Shown here one piece after another: positions 1 to 10,245 of a stretch of DNA of 64,000 nucleotides. Position numbers and translations under genes: made by a program. The notes under the pieces are model-generated. The model did no database searches. It was not told the DNA's origin and saw only the letters and a program-made list of their open reading frames with translations. Positions within the stretch are counted from its first letter, which is position 1; each line of letters starts with the position of its first letter. Source of the stretch: a virus; IMG/VR virus record IMGVR_UViG_3300018916_000001, positions 1 through 64,000 of that record; one strand, written 5' to 3'.

Positions 1-83
1 CTCTTTTGTAGATATCTTACTTAGAATTAAGTTCTGATATTTGGGAGAAAGGTTTTTATATACTGTAGAATTAGCAACTACAG

Positions 84-389
84 TTAGTAAGTTAAATGAA
101 TAACTAACATATTTATAATTCTTTGGATGTTGAGTAGCTCTAAACAATCTATTTTCAAAGTGGAGCTTAATAAAGTTCTCAAAAACCCTTCAATCTCTAA
201 ATGTTCTTTATCTACGTATTCCCAAATAGCTTCATGTATACATCTAAATACAAATCTAGTAGGAACATCTTCTGGTAGATAATCAGCAGTTAAGTTTATA
301 CATTTACCATTCTTAGCAAACTCTCTTTGATTGGGAGTAAGAAGCTGCCATATTCTTCTATCTTCTTTAGTTTTTAGTATCAGTGGCAT
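84..389 (-). CDS. hypothetical protein
   Basis: 101-aa ORF in the leftward run, overlapping the end of the upstream gene. Confidence 0.6.
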   Translation of the reverse strand: MPLILKTKEDRRIWQLLTPNQREFAKNGKCINLTADYLPEDVPTRFVFRCIHEAIWEYVDKEHLEIEGFLRTLLSSTLKIDCLELLNIQRIINMLVIHLTY

Positions 390-1077
390 CTACTAACCTC
401 CATCCTCTATATGACTTAACTTTTCCTGATTTAAGGTGAGCTACTCCATAAGTAGTCAAACCAAATTGATTAATAAAATCTCGTTGTCTTAAGCTATGTG
501 TTCCATAATCGTCATGATAAAGAGTGACATATTTACAGAGTCTTCCTATCTTTGTCTTCCCTTTAGTTATTTTTTCGTAGTCTTCCTTATTCTCAAAGAG
601 TACAAAACCATTTATTTGTTTTCTCGTCCCATTAATTAGTTTGCTTATACACACTAATTCAGGATATTGAGACATTAGTTCTATTTTATTACCTGATATT
701 TCTCCATGTTCAAAATGATATAAATGATAAACTTGAGGATTAAAGTTAAGATTCCTCTCTCCGCTTCCAAGATAAGGCTCTTTTAACGTGTTATAACCTT
801 TTTCGGGGTTACAAGTATCTAAATCAGCAATAAAAAACTGTTCGTAATAATCAGCTTTTTCATACTCGACCTCTTTTAAAACATAAAAATTCCAAGACTC
901 TTTAGGATAAGCTTTAAGAGCAGCAGCAAATCTATGCTTATACTTGATTGTTTTAGTAAAGTGTTCTTTCTTTCTGACATCAAGAGTTCTAATAGTTCTA
1001 CCAACATATTTCTTACCACTAATAGCGTTTTCTGCACAGTAAATAATAGCTTGCGGTTTATTAGTGATAAGAGACAT
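367..1077 (-). CDS. GIY-YIG homing endonuclease with two C-terminal DNA-binding repeats
   Basis: AIIYCAEN..SGKKYVGRT..R..EH, later E and GYN motifs; C-terminal LYHxxHG...GWRL-type repeats. Confidence 0.85.
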   Translation of the reverse strand: MSLITNKPQAIIYCAENAISGKKYVGRTIRTLDVRKKEHFTKTIKYKHRFAAALKAYPKESWNFYVLKEVEYEKADYYEQFFIADLDTCNPEKGYNTLKEPYLGSGERNLNFNPQVYHLYHFEHGEISGNKIELMSQYPELVCISKLINGTRKQINGFVLFENKEDYEKITKGKTKIGRLCKYVTLYHDDYGTHSLRQRDFINQFGLTTYGVAHLKSGKVKSYRGWRLVDATDTKN

Positions 1078-1095
1078 ATTAAACTCCTTACTTAA

Positions 1096-1713
1096 TTACA
1101 AGAACTTAACTAATTGATTTACTAATCTATCTTTGTCATATCTCTCTTCAGTTCCATTAAAAATAATTCCGTCAGAATTGGGTTTGAGATAACTCTTATA
1201 ATAAGACTCTGATTCTTCACTAAAACTTTTATCTGCTAAATCGCTTTCTATATATAAAGACTTATAATCAACTTCATAACCTGGAATACCTTTATGATCT
1301 ACTTCACATTGAATCTTACTACATCTTCCTAGTTTGCGAAAATATAGGGCTTGATATGGGAATCTCAAATCTGATACGAGGAATTTAGTAATACCTGTAT
1401 TTTCTAGTTCTTGTAGAATCTGGTTATACACTACCTCACAAAGGCAATTTACTCCATATATCTCTTTCATTTTTGCGCTAGTAGTAATAAGTTCAGGTCT
1501 AGCAATTTCTTTGTACTTTCTCTGCTCTAATTGTTCTAGAGTTATTCCATGTATTTGACAATATACGTACTTAATTAACCCCATTAACTTCAAATGTTTA
1601 TAACCGAACTGTTCTTCAGCTATTTGAGCAATAAAATCCTTCCCAGAGCCAATCGGAGCAGATAAACTAATAATCTTTACTTCTTTCATTTTTAAATCCT
1701 CAAATAGAAACAC
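1096..1713 (-). CDS. deoxynucleoside monophosphate kinase (T4 gp1-like)
   Basis: N-terminal P-loop SAPIGSGKD and LVSDLRFP motif. Confidence 0.8.
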   Translation of the reverse strand: MFLFEDLKMKEVKIISLSAPIGSGKDFIAQIAEEQFGYKHLKLMGLIKYVYCQIHGITLEQLEQRKYKEIARPELITTSAKMKEIYGVNCLCEVVYNQILQELENTGITKFLVSDLRFPYQALYFRKLGRCSKIQCEVDHKGIPGYEVDYKSLYIESDLADKSFSEESESYYKSYLKPNSDGIIFNGTEERYDKDRLVNQLVKFL

Positions 1714-1745
1714 TCCACCAATTAAGATAGAGTGCTTCCAACTAA

Positions 1746-2345
1746 TTAATTATCTAGTTTCCATCCAAGATAAGTCTGTAACTTACCTAAGAGTAAAAGT
1801 GAAAGTCCTTGTCTAGTGCCACCGTACCTATCTAGAAACTCTCTTCTAGTCAAAGAATGTTTACCATGTTCAGAATGAAAAAGCGCATATCTCTCTTCTG
1901 TAGTTGGTTTATACTCTTTATTACTAGCTAGTCTCCAACCATCAACTATCTTTTCTTTTCCATTAGATATTCCTGTAGCCCTTTCTTTACTATATCCTTT
2001 GTCCTTTAGATATTTCTCCCATAGTTCTCTAGAAGTACATTCAACTTCTCCTATATTTGGATGATAGAATCTATGTATCTTGGGAACTGTACCATTTTTA
2101 GGAGCAAGAACATCTTTATTTTTTAATAATCTCCATCCATGAAGACTAAAATGACGTTCCTTTCCTTTACCAGTAAGAAGAGATATTAGATTTGTACCTA
2201 ACTCAGGATAAATTGCACTTAACTCTTTCTTAGTACCAGAAACTAAACCATGCTTAGGATGATAGAGTTCGTAAATTGTGTCTCTTGAGTTATACATTGT
2301 AATCTCCTTAGAAGTGAGTGAACAATTCTTTACTCTACAATTCAT
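1746..2345 (-). CDS. protein made only of three homing-endonuclease-type DNA-binding repeats
   Basis: 3x (L/F)(Y/F)HxxxG...L..G....GW(R/K)L, the same repeat as in 367..1077; no nuclease motif. Confidence 0.65.
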   Translation of the reverse strand: MNCRVKNCSLTSKEITMYNSRDTIYELYHPKHGLVSGTKKELSAIYPELGTNLISLLTGKGKERHFSLHGWRLLKNKDVLAPKNGTVPKIHRFYHPNIGEVECTSRELWEKYLKDKGYSKERATGISNGKEKIVDGWRLASNKEYKPTTEERYALFHSEHGKHSLTRREFLDRYGGTRQGLSLLLLGKLQTYLGWKLDN

Positions 2346-2718
2346 CTAAAATATTAGACTTTAAATCACAAGTGAAAGGATAAAAGATAATTTCTTCTGT
2401 TTGGTTATCATCACTAACACTTAACTTATGAATCCAAGCATAACCTTTATCTTTATCTATTCCTCTAGTTTTTCTTTCTATCACTGCTTGAGTAGGAACA
2501 ATCTCTTTAAAACTTACTACTTTCTGAACAGTTGCGTTTACCTCATAATTATCCCTCACCCATTCCCAAAACTTAAAGAAATACTCATCTATTTTAATGT
2601 TGAAAGTATCTGACCAAGGTTTACCTCCTACTTCAATGGGAGTATAAGAAATAAGATTTAAATTAAAGTATTTTCTTTTACTTCCAAATAAAAAATCTAC
2701 ATATAAAATATCATCCAT
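2335..2718 (-). CDS. hypothetical protein
   Basis: 127-aa ORF tightly packed in operon. Confidence 0.6.
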   Translation of the reverse strand: MDDILYVDFLFGSKRKYFNLNLISYTPIEVGGKPWSDTFNIKIDEYFFKFWEWVRDNYEVNATVQKVVSFKEIVPTQAVIERKTRGIDKDKGYAWIHKLSVSDDNQTEEIIFYPFTCDLKSNILDEL

Positions 2719-2719
2719 A

Positions 2720-3418
2720 TTAATAAACTTGATAAACTACTATATCTTGAGATGTAACTCCCACAAAAAGTCCGCTATCTACTAAATCATCTTCTACAGC
2801 TTCTCTTATAATATCTAAATCTAGATCTTCCCAAGATTTATCTTTGTTTTCTTCTGTTTCTCTTTCTTTTATTGGTATTTGTTCTCCTATTTCCTTTGCT
2901 TCTTCATTAGTAAGAGCTATACCTGCAAAATTATAATCTAAATCTGTAACTAAATAGACATTAGTAGAATCTATCCATTCTCCGTTCTCATCTAATATCC
3001 CTATTAGTAAGATTCGATAATAACCTTCTTCATCTTCTCTTCTTACTTTTTTATTACCTATTATCTTATAGTCTTTGTAAAGTTCAGTTGTAAAATCTAC
3101 ATAAAGGTTAGGAATATTAAGAACTAATTTATCTACTCTTTTCTCATAAGTAGAGAAATCAAATATCTCTTCTTCATCTTTATCTTCATCAAAGAAATCT
3201 TCTATATCTAAGTTGTTCTTAGCAAACGTTAAGATATCTTCTTCACTATATTCACCACAAATAGATATAACATCTAACTCTATCTCTTCTCCTGTATTTT
3301 CTTCATAACATATTAGATAGTCGTAAATTAACTCTAAAGCTTCTCTAGAAAAACTATCTTCTCTATTATGATCTATAAAAGCTTGAACAAAATCGTTATA
3401 ATATACAGTCTTTTTCAT
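2720..3418 (-). CDS. acidic phage hypothetical protein
   Basis: N-terminus DFVQAF..R.DSFSREALELIYDYL...ELDVISICGEYSE resembles a common small phage protein; extra central insertion. Confidence 0.65.
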   Translation of the reverse strand: MKKTVYYNDFVQAFIDHNREDSFSREALELIYDYLICYEENTGEEIELDVISICGEYSEEDILTFAKNNLDIEDFFDEDKDEEEIFDFSTYEKRVDKLVLNIPNLYVDFTTELYKDYKIIGNKKVRREDEEGYYRILLIGILDENGEWIDSTNVYLVTDLDYNFAGIALTNEEAKEIGEQIPIKERETEENKDKSWEDLDLDIIREAVEDDLVDSGLFVGVTSQDIVVYQVY

Positions 3419-3476
3419 ATATTAATCAATAAAATATAATCTCCCTACTCAAACTTAGAATAGAGAGATAAGACTA

Positions 3477-4031
3477 CTACTCAAAAATTATTTTACAACC
3501 AGGCAATCTACCCTGAAGATCTAACACTTCATTTGGTTCTACAGGATTACCACTTAAATTTAGATGTACAAGATTAGTTAGCGATTCTAATGGTTTAAGA
3601 TTAGTAATTTGATTTTCTCTTAAACCTAATCTCCTAAGAGTTTGCATTTGAGATAAAAGAGAAACATCTGATATTAGATTCTCCCCTAAATACAACTCTT
3701 CTAACTTGAGATTTTCTAAACCATCTAGAAACTTAATATTATTGTCTATCAAATTCAAATGTCTTAAATTCGATAACTTAGATAATGGAGCAACATTAGA
3801 GATTCTACTACCAAATAATACTAGAGTTCTTATATTATCTAGCGATTCTAATGGCTCAAGTGAAGAAATATCAGATTGTTGTAGACATACTTTTCCTTCC
3901 TCTACATTTCTCCAATACCAATCAGTGTCTTCGGCAATATCTACTCCTGAACGTTGCATCATTACATTAAGAGTCAACTTAATTTCAGAGTCTAGATTAT
4001 TTATGTTCTGTAACTGTTCAATTAATGTCAT
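3477..4031 (-). CDS. leucine-rich repeat protein (internalin/SDS22-like)
   Basis: About six 22-aa LxxLxLxxNxIxxLxPL repeats capped by LPGCKI. Confidence 0.9.
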   Translation of the reverse strand: MTLIEQLQNINNLDSEIKLTLNVMMQRSGVDIAEDTDWYWRNVEEGKVCLQQSDISSLEPLESLDNIRTLVLFGSRISNVAPLSKLSNLRHLNLIDNNIKFLDGLENLKLEELYLGENLISDVSLLSQMQTLRRLGLRENQITNLKPLESLTNLVHLNLSGNPVEPNEVLDLQGRLPGCKIIFE

Positions 4032-4035
4032 AACC

Positions 4036-4437
4036 TTACTTATTATTTTCTAGTCTTTTGTCTATTTCTTGTAACATCTCTGCAAAAACCTTTTGGTCTC
4101 TTTTTACGTCTTCAATATAATTAGAAAAATAAGACTCTACTTCTTCTTTAGTTGCTTCAGTAACAATAGAATTAAACATCTCTACTTTATATGTCTTGTA
4201 ATCATGATAAATATAGAAGTCTGCGGGCTTAAGATCTCTCTCTAGAAGTATAAGTACACTACTATCTTCTATTAATGCAAAAAGAAAAATATGATTACTT
4301 TCTTTCTCATCTACACAAATAGCTAAGTAAACTTCATCTCTTTCATTTTTACAGCTAAATAAAATAGGAAAATCGTAGTAATCGTAAATCTCTAAATATT
4401 CTAATTTACCAAGAATAGTTCCTTCATTAGGTAGCAT
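4036..4437 (-). CDS. hypothetical protein (DUF6575-like)
   Basis: YDYYDFPILFSCKN motif. Confidence 0.55.
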   Translation of the reverse strand: MLPNEGTILGKLEYLEIYDYYDFPILFSCKNERDEVYLAICVDEKESNHIFLFALIEDSSVLILLERDLKPADFYIYHDYKTYKVEMFNSIVTEATKEEVESYFSNYIEDVKRDQKVFAEMLQEIDKRLENNK

Positions 4438-4702
4438 TTATCTCTCCTAAAATATACAAAGGATTAGTTTCATCAGCTTGATTTTTTATCCATTCTAGTT
4501 TTTGTACTAGAGATAATACGTTATTTAATTGATTAGTATGATACTCTTTCTGCTCATCATCTAATTGGAAATCTTTATCTCTCTCACTAAGCATTAAATC
4601 TAACTTATACTTTAAATCTCTAAAGTAGTAGTAAAGACTTCCATTTAACTTATTAAACTCTTCTTCAGTAAATTGAACTGTATAAAGTAATTCTTTAGTC
4701 AT
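4427..4702 (-). CDS. hypothetical protein
   Basis: 91-aa ORF in operon. Confidence 0.55.
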   Translation of the reverse strand: MTKELLYTVQFTEEEFNKLNGSLYYYFRDLKYKLDLMLSERDKDFQLDDEQKEYHTNQLNNVLSLVQKLEWIKNQADETNPLYILGEINAT

Positions 4703-4704
4703 AG

Positions 4705-4974
4705 TTATATATCTAGTTTTCTAAAATTTAATCTATATCCTAAAGATTTCAAAATCTCTACTAATTCTTTTCCACATTTTTGACACAATTCCATAGTAGT
4801 CTCTTCTATAAGACCACCTTCAGGATAGACATCTCCCTCTTGGTATTTAAAGTAACATTCAAAAGAATCGAAACTACCTGTTATAATCCTAGATTTACAT
4901 TTATCACATTCATCGTAGAAATCTTTAGTAACTTCTACCTCTTTTATTACTTTTTCAGTTATCCTAACTTCCAT
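4705..4974 (-). CDS. small zinc-finger protein
   Basis: CDKC ... LCQKC pairs. Confidence 0.65.
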   Translation of the reverse strand: MEVRITEKVIKEVEVTKDFYDECDKCKSRIITGSFDSFECYFKYQEGDVYPEGGLIEETTMELCQKCGKELVEILKSLGYRLNFRKLDI

Positions 4975-5168
4975 TAATCCTCTTCTCTTGGAATATACTT
5001 AAATCCTAGACTTAGATACTTCTGAGCAGTAGCAAATCCACTGTTACTACTTTCTTTTGCATCTGGAACATAAAACCTAGCTTGTTTATAATTCTTCCAT
5101 TGATTATCTTCGTAAACTTCTAAGAATAAAGATTCATCAGATTTTCGTGTCCATCTAAGTAATTTCAT
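4974..5168 (-). CDS. hypothetical protein
   Basis: 64-aa ORF with TAATG coupling to the next gene. Confidence 0.55.
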   Translation of the reverse strand: MKLLRWTRKSDESLFLEVYEDNQWKNYKQARFYVPDAKESSNSGFATAQKYLSLGFKYIPREED

Positions 5169-5173
5169 ATTAT

Positions 5174-5675
5174 TTAAGGTACAGTATTATCTTTCTTACT
5201 ATAAGGTAACGCAGCTTTAACTACTCTAACCATATTACATAATTGAGTAATGAATTGAGCAGCTCCTATTTCTTCTGAAGTATTAATATCTGATACTTCT
5301 TTTTCATGTGTAAAAATATAAGTCTTGTATTTTGTATAATTCAAATCAGCTATAGTTAATGCTAGATATCCTAAATTTCTACTATCTATAAACTGACTAT
5401 AAAAACTCTTTGATTCAAAATTATAAAAATGAAGATTATATGATTTGACCTAATATATTTCCATCAATTTTATTAATAAAAACTACATTGTCACTAATAT
5501 CTGAAATAGGAAAGAAAGCGAATTTATCTTCTTTGTGTTTCCAAATTCTACTACCTTTAGCTACATTCCAAATTACATCATTCAAATTATTAATACAGTG
5601 ATTAATTTCTGGATAATCTTTGTGAACATAAGGAATTTTTTGAATCGGGATGGCGGTGGGTAGAATGATAGTCAT
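5174..5675 (-). pseudogene. frameshifted hypothetical gene (+1 nt near 5436-5450)
   Basis: ORF 5436..5675 continues in the +1 frame (SYNLHFYNFESK...DNTVP*) to 5174; total length 3n+1. Confidence 0.6.
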
Positions 5676-5799
5676 AATATCCTCTCAGATGGGTTTATTT
5701 GTTCGTTTAAGACACCTTAAATCTAAAAAAGGTGTGAGTAGATGTAAGATGCCTTAAATCGCGAAATTAGGGCTTAATGCTCTCAGCAAGCTTTTCGAG

Positions 5800-6840
5800 C
5801 TAATCTAACATTGAGAATAGTTCAGCTAAAGTTGTCTCTTGATTTACCCTTTTACTTGAGTTTTTGTATTCTAAGAAAGTATTAGCTTCATCCATACTTA
5901 AAGCTTTTAATTCATGTTGGAGAAACAATCTTCCCGGTCTAATCAATGCAGAATCTAAGTTAGAAATATGTGTATTGAAAGTTGCTAATAATCCACAGTT
6001 GTAGATTTCAGCGAGAATACCATCAGTAAGATTTAAGAGATTAGCAGTAGCAGCACTTCTAGTACCTACGTCTACCAATATATTTTCTGCATCTTCCGCA
6101 ATTATTATCTTTCCAGTATGTTGCAATAAAAACTTAGTGAAATCAGGAGTTCCTAATAGCTTAATATTTTCTGGAGAGAAGTATAATAGACGATCATTCT
6201 TCTGAGCTATTAACTGCTTGAGAAGTGTAGATTTACCAGTACCAGGTTCTCCATGAAGTAAAACTAACTTCCTGTGAGCTTCTAAGAATTCTTGTAGCTT
6301 GTCATATACATCTAAAAAATTCTTACCATAATGAATAGTAAGTTCTTCTCTAGATAATTGTTGGAATGCAAACTTCCTTCTAATCGTATCTAGCTCTCCT
6401 TGATTAAGTATTACTAATTCAATCATGGGTTCCATAATCTTCTTAGGAACACGAACATGATGTTTCTTAGATAGCTTAATCGCCTTATCTATTAGATTTA
6501 AATTACTCTCTGTATTTAAGAAATGTAATACAAAAACGATAGAATTGCCTTCTACAAACTTAATTACTAGAATTTCTTTCTTCTTATCTAAGTAAATAGT
6601 TTTGTCTATATCTCTTAGATTTTTAGGAGAATATCCAAAATCTTTAATCAATACCTCCAAATCTAGAAGAGGAAATAAGTTCTTCTCAAATCCTTTAGTC
6701 AATCGTTGAAACACTGCTCTAGATGGATATTTACCAAATTGATCTATGTATAAAGCAACAGTTTCTCTTACGTCATCATAGATATTGCTAGCATATTCTT
6801 GATATATGAGAGAAGAATTAGTCATGATTTGAGACTCCAT
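5800..6840 (-). CDS. AAA+ ATPase
   Basis: Walker A GEPGTGKS, Walker B IIIAEDAE, SRH DSALIRPGRL. Confidence 0.9.
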   Translation of the reverse strand: MESQIMTNSSLIYQEYASNIYDDVRETVALYIDQFGKYPSRAVFQRLTKGFEKNLFPLLDLEVLIKDFGYSPKNLRDIDKTIYLDKKKEILVIKFVEGNSIVFVLHFLNTESNLNLIDKAIKLSKKHHVRVPKKIMEPMIELVILNQGELDTIRRKFAFQQLSREELTIHYGKNFLDVYDKLQEFLEAHRKLVLLHGEPGTGKSTLLKQLIAQKNDRLLYFSPENIKLLGTPDFTKFLLQHTGKIIIAEDAENILVDVGTRSAATANLLNLTDGILAEIYNCGLLATFNTHISNLDSALIRPGRLFLQHELKALSMDEANTFLEYKNSSKRVNQETTLAELFSMLD

Positions 6841-6858
6841 TAATGAACAAAAAAGAAA

Positions 6859-7119
6859 CTAAACTAACTTAGATAAACGATTACAAGAAATTTCTATCTC
6901 TACTAATTCTTTTACTTCTGGAAATAGTTCACAATAAGCTCTTACACTACAGGCTATAAGAAACAAATCAATAACACTATCTCCTGTTCTTTGGTGGATC
7001 TGGTATAGAAGCAATTTTTACTCGTAGCTCTTTATCATATTTGTCTCTATTAGAGTATTTAATAATGCAGTATAAGCTTTGACTATACCTTTATCTTCAC
7101 TACTCTCTAAAATATTTAT
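6859..7119 (-). pseudogene. degraded ORF (ATA start after SD, internal TAA at 7018-7020)
   Basis: 87-codon frame behind AAGGAG, interrupted by one in-frame stop. Confidence 0.45.
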
Positions 7120-7313
7120 AATTCTCCTTTGATAGTGCTTACTTCTATAGTGTTCTGAGCAGTTAATCTACTATAAGTCTGTTCTAATTTACTTAGATGT
7201 TCAATGGGAACTACTCCAAGATAAGTAGTTATGAGACAATCGACTAACTCATCTACAGTTAAATCAAAAGTAGAAGCTATCTGTAATCGATTTACATTTG
7301 ACTTACTAATCAT
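7116..7313 (-). CDS. small hypothetical protein, possibly ribbon-helix-helix
   Basis: 65 aa with an RHH-like pattern. Confidence 0.45.
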   Translation of the reverse strand: MISKSNVNRLQIASTFDLTVDELVDCLITTYLGVVPIEHLSKLEQTYSRLTAQNTIEVSTIKGEL

Positions 7314-7605
7314 ATTTTTCTACCCTTTCTTTTAATAAAACTACTAATCTCTCAATACCTGGATATGAACTTTCATTAGATATACTAAAACCTCTTACTC
7401 CTACAATGTTTTTGATACTGTCTCTCGACTTTGTATTACTTCTGTAGAGTTGATTAATAACGTCTTCTATTCCTTCATTATCCACTTGATTTTCGAGTAG
7501 AGGTAAAACACTAGAAATTAGTCCTTCTATAAAAGAATCCTCTAGATGTTCTGGAACAGTAATAACAGCCTCATAAACTTCTCTAAGAATATGATTTTCT
7601 AGCAT
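7306..7605 (-). CDS. hypothetical protein
   Basis: 99-aa ORF. Confidence 0.55.
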   Translation of the reverse strand: MLENHILREVYEAVITVPEHLEDSFIEGLISSVLPLLENQVDNEGIEDVINQLYRSNTKSRDSIKNIVGVRGFSISNESSYPGIERLVVLLKERVEKYD

Positions 7606-7609
7606 TTAT

Positions 7610-8239
7610 TTACTCCCAAATAAAGTTAATTTCGTCTTCTGCAATATCGTATTGTTGTGCAAAAGCTAAAATTGCATCTTTGCTAGTATTATTTTCAAAT
7701 CTTCCTACAAACTCACTATCTTTATCTTTTCGTTTGAGAGCTACAGAAATCCAATGAGGATAAGGAGTATTAAAGTAGGGAAATACATTAAAACGTTTTT
7801 TCTCACTCTCTAGCTCTTTATAATAGTTTTCAGTTTCCTCATTTTCAGAATCTTTATAAATATCTTCTACTAATTCTACCCACTCAGTCATTTCTCTTTC
7901 AATTTCACGTTCTACTGATTTATTACATACTTCCTCAATTCGGTCATAGAGAGACTTAGGAATTTGAATACTAATTATTTCATTATCTGGGTCTTCTTCT
8001 ACATAATTAAGATATTTCTCTGCTGCATCACACAATACTGCTTCTGTAGTCCAACCTTTTTCTTTTGCAATTTTCTCTGCTATATCCCAGAGTTTTTGGG
8101 GAACATCGAAGTTAACTAGCTTTTTCCATTGAATTGTCATTGTAGTTTCCTCTTTCTTTTTAATTTGTAGACTAAATCCTAATTCTTCAAGTAGCTGTAC
8201 GAAGATACTAATCTCAGATTCTTTTTCTTTAGCTTTCAC
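7610..8239 (-). CDS. protein with tandem ribbon-helix-helix (CopG-like) motifs
   Basis: VNFDVPQKLWDIAEKIAKEKGWTTEAVLCDAAEKYL and ISIQIPKSLYDRIEE; true start may be the internal Met near 8140. Confidence 0.55.
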   Translation of the reverse strand: MKAKEKESEISIFVQLLEELGFSLQIKKKEETTMTIQWKKLVNFDVPQKLWDIAEKIAKEKGWTTEAVLCDAAEKYLNYVEEDPDNEIISIQIPKSLYDRIEEVCNKSVEREIEREMTEWVELVEDIYKDSENEETENYYKELESEKKRFNVFPYFNTPYPHWISVALKRKDKDSEFVGRFENNTSKDAILAFAQQYDIAEDEINFIWE

Positions 8240-8336
8240 GTCTACTATTAATTAATTCGTTTGCTTGACCTTCAATTTTTATCATGTTTCTAAGGGAGTG
8301 GTTTTAATACTCCCTTTTACACTAAACCTAATCTAC

Positions 8337-8768
8337 CTAGGATTTAGAAAAATACTGAGGTAGAATTTCTGTCTCGAAAGTGTGTTCTAAGATACTCCTC
8401 CAAATTTTATGGATTTCTTTGCCCAACTCAATAACTTCATCCTCTTCTCTTGAGATTTGGATACACTCAAACGTCTTCATGATCTCTTGATAAACTACGT
8501 CAATTGTGTCTTCTTCAGAGCCACGATAAGTTAAACCACGAATGATGTCTTTTGCTAGAGAGTCATAGAAGTCTACGCGATCTTTCTCTCCATAATACGC
8601 CATCTCAGCAGGATCATACTTGAAAAGCGTTAGAGAAACACATTGAAAAAATCCAAGACCTTTGGGATGAGGAAGATTGTAATTAGGCATGGTTTTAATT
8701 AAGTAAAGAACTTTTCCCGTTAGTTGGTTATCCGCTAGTACCAGCGAGGAGGTGGGAATCACTAGCAT
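8337..8768 (-). CDS. hypothetical protein
   Basis: 143-aa ORF. Confidence 0.6.
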   Translation of the reverse strand: MLVIPTSSLVLADNQLTGKVLYLIKTMPNYNLPHPKGLGFFQCVSLTLFKYDPAEMAYYGEKDRVDFYDSLAKDIIRGLTYRGSEEDTIDVVYQEIMKTFECIQISREEDEVIELGKEIHKIWRSILEHTFETEILPQYFSKS

Positions 8769-8814
8769 AAATCTTAGAAGTATATTTCAACTCCTAAGAA
8801 TCTAAAATTAAATG

Positions 8815-10173
8815 CTAAATATTACTAATTGCTACTCCACCTGACTGTCTCGCTATTTTTAGTAGATGATCATTAGTTCCACCTACAATAATAGTGTTTA
8901 GAGTAACCCTCCCTAAATGTTCAAGTTTTAGTGAAGTAGTATTGTCACATCCGTCAGTTACCACTAACAACTCCGGTTTAGTTAGATTAGGATTATTTTC
9001 TAACTTTTTATTCATTCGTTTGATAGCTTCTTTTGTACAATAGGCTATTGCAGTGCTTCCCTCATCAAAATTTTCATACTTGATTTTACTCATCAAATTC
9101 TTTACTTCGGATAAAGAATCGGAAGAGGCAGTAAACTCCTTACCTAACTCATCATGAAAAAAAGAAAAACTTACTTCTGCTTCTCCTTCTAAGACTGCTT
9201 TGAGTCTGTTCATTAACACTCCACCAGCTTTAAGGAATCTGTTATGAGAGTGCATGGAAGAGGAACAGTCAATCAGAAGATAAAGTAACATTTTCTTCTC
9301 TTGTTTAGAACATCTCTCTCTAATAGTTGATGTTCCAGAGATAATTCGATAATTTAAATAATTTCTGTTGTATATAAGTTCTCCGGGATTTAATCTATCT
9401 ATCTCACTAAAATCATTAATCGGACGATATCTAACTTCACTTCCATTTGGGTCAGGAGTTAGTCTTACGTGTTTTCCAGTCCTTAACTTAACTAATTTAT
9501 CTAGATTTCTCTTAATTTGAAGCATAACTTCTTTACCGTTGAGCATATCTTCTGCCATTGATAGCTGACCTTTATCACCTAACGGCCCAGTAAAATCAAG
9601 TAATTGCTTCTCGTGATAATCTAAGTTCGATATAGCTTCAAAAGTTTTATTAATTTTATCTGCTAATTTCTCTTGAGTCTGATTGAAGATTGGTAAACTG
9701 TCCTCATCTCCTTGTCTATTGCTTGACTCTCCACCACTTTGAGTAGATAAGATTTTTACTAAAGAAAGAGATTTTTCTAACGGAGAAACACCTGGAACAT
9801 TACGGATATCGAGACTACGAACAAAATTCTGTATGTTTCGATGGTAGTTGATCTCTTTAATAGATGCTAACTCTCTAGCTTTAGTTTTATCTTTTACATA
9901 ATTATCGTTAGAATCGGTTAAATACTCTCTTTCTTTATATCTATAGTTACCATTACTATTAGTAGTTAAATATTTATCTAGATAATTGCCTCTCCTCAAG
10001 TTGTCTACTATCTGATGTTCAGGTATATATGACCCCCCTGCTTGTATGTTACATAAATCTTCTACTAAGTCTTTCGAGAAGGCTTTAAGTCCTACCTTCT
10101 GAGCCATTTCTTGAATTTCTCTTTGACTAGGAGGAAGATAATTGCTTGGAGGATTTGTTCTAGGTGTAGTCAT
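8815..10173 (-). CDS. von Willebrand factor A domain protein (ViaA/CoxE-like)
   Basis: MIDAS LLIDCSSSM, GST, LLVVTDG; adjacent to MoxR-type ATPase. Confidence 0.85.
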   Translation of the reverse strand: MTTPRTNPPSNYLPPSQREIQEMAQKVGLKAFSKDLVEDLCNIQAGGSYIPEHQIVDNLRRGNYLDKYLTTNSNGNYRYKEREYLTDSNDNYVKDKTKARELASIKEINYHRNIQNFVRSLDIRNVPGVSPLEKSLSLVKILSTQSGGESSNRQGDEDSLPIFNQTQEKLADKINKTFEAISNLDYHEKQLLDFTGPLGDKGQLSMAEDMLNGKEVMLQIKRNLDKLVKLRTGKHVRLTPDPNGSEVRYRPINDFSEIDRLNPGELIYNRNYLNYRIISGTSTIRERCSKQEKKMLLYLLIDCSSSMHSHNRFLKAGGVLMNRLKAVLEGEAEVSFSFFHDELGKEFTASSDSLSEVKNLMSKIKYENFDEGSTAIAYCTKEAIKRMNKKLENNPNLTKPELLVVTDGCDNTTSLKLEHLGRVTLNTIIVGGTNDHLLKIARQSGGVAISNI

Positions 10174-10245
10174 TTTTCTATACTCCTTTATATTAATTGA
10201 GTTTTAGCTCTGATAATCATTAGTTACCAGAGCCATTCCTTCTTA

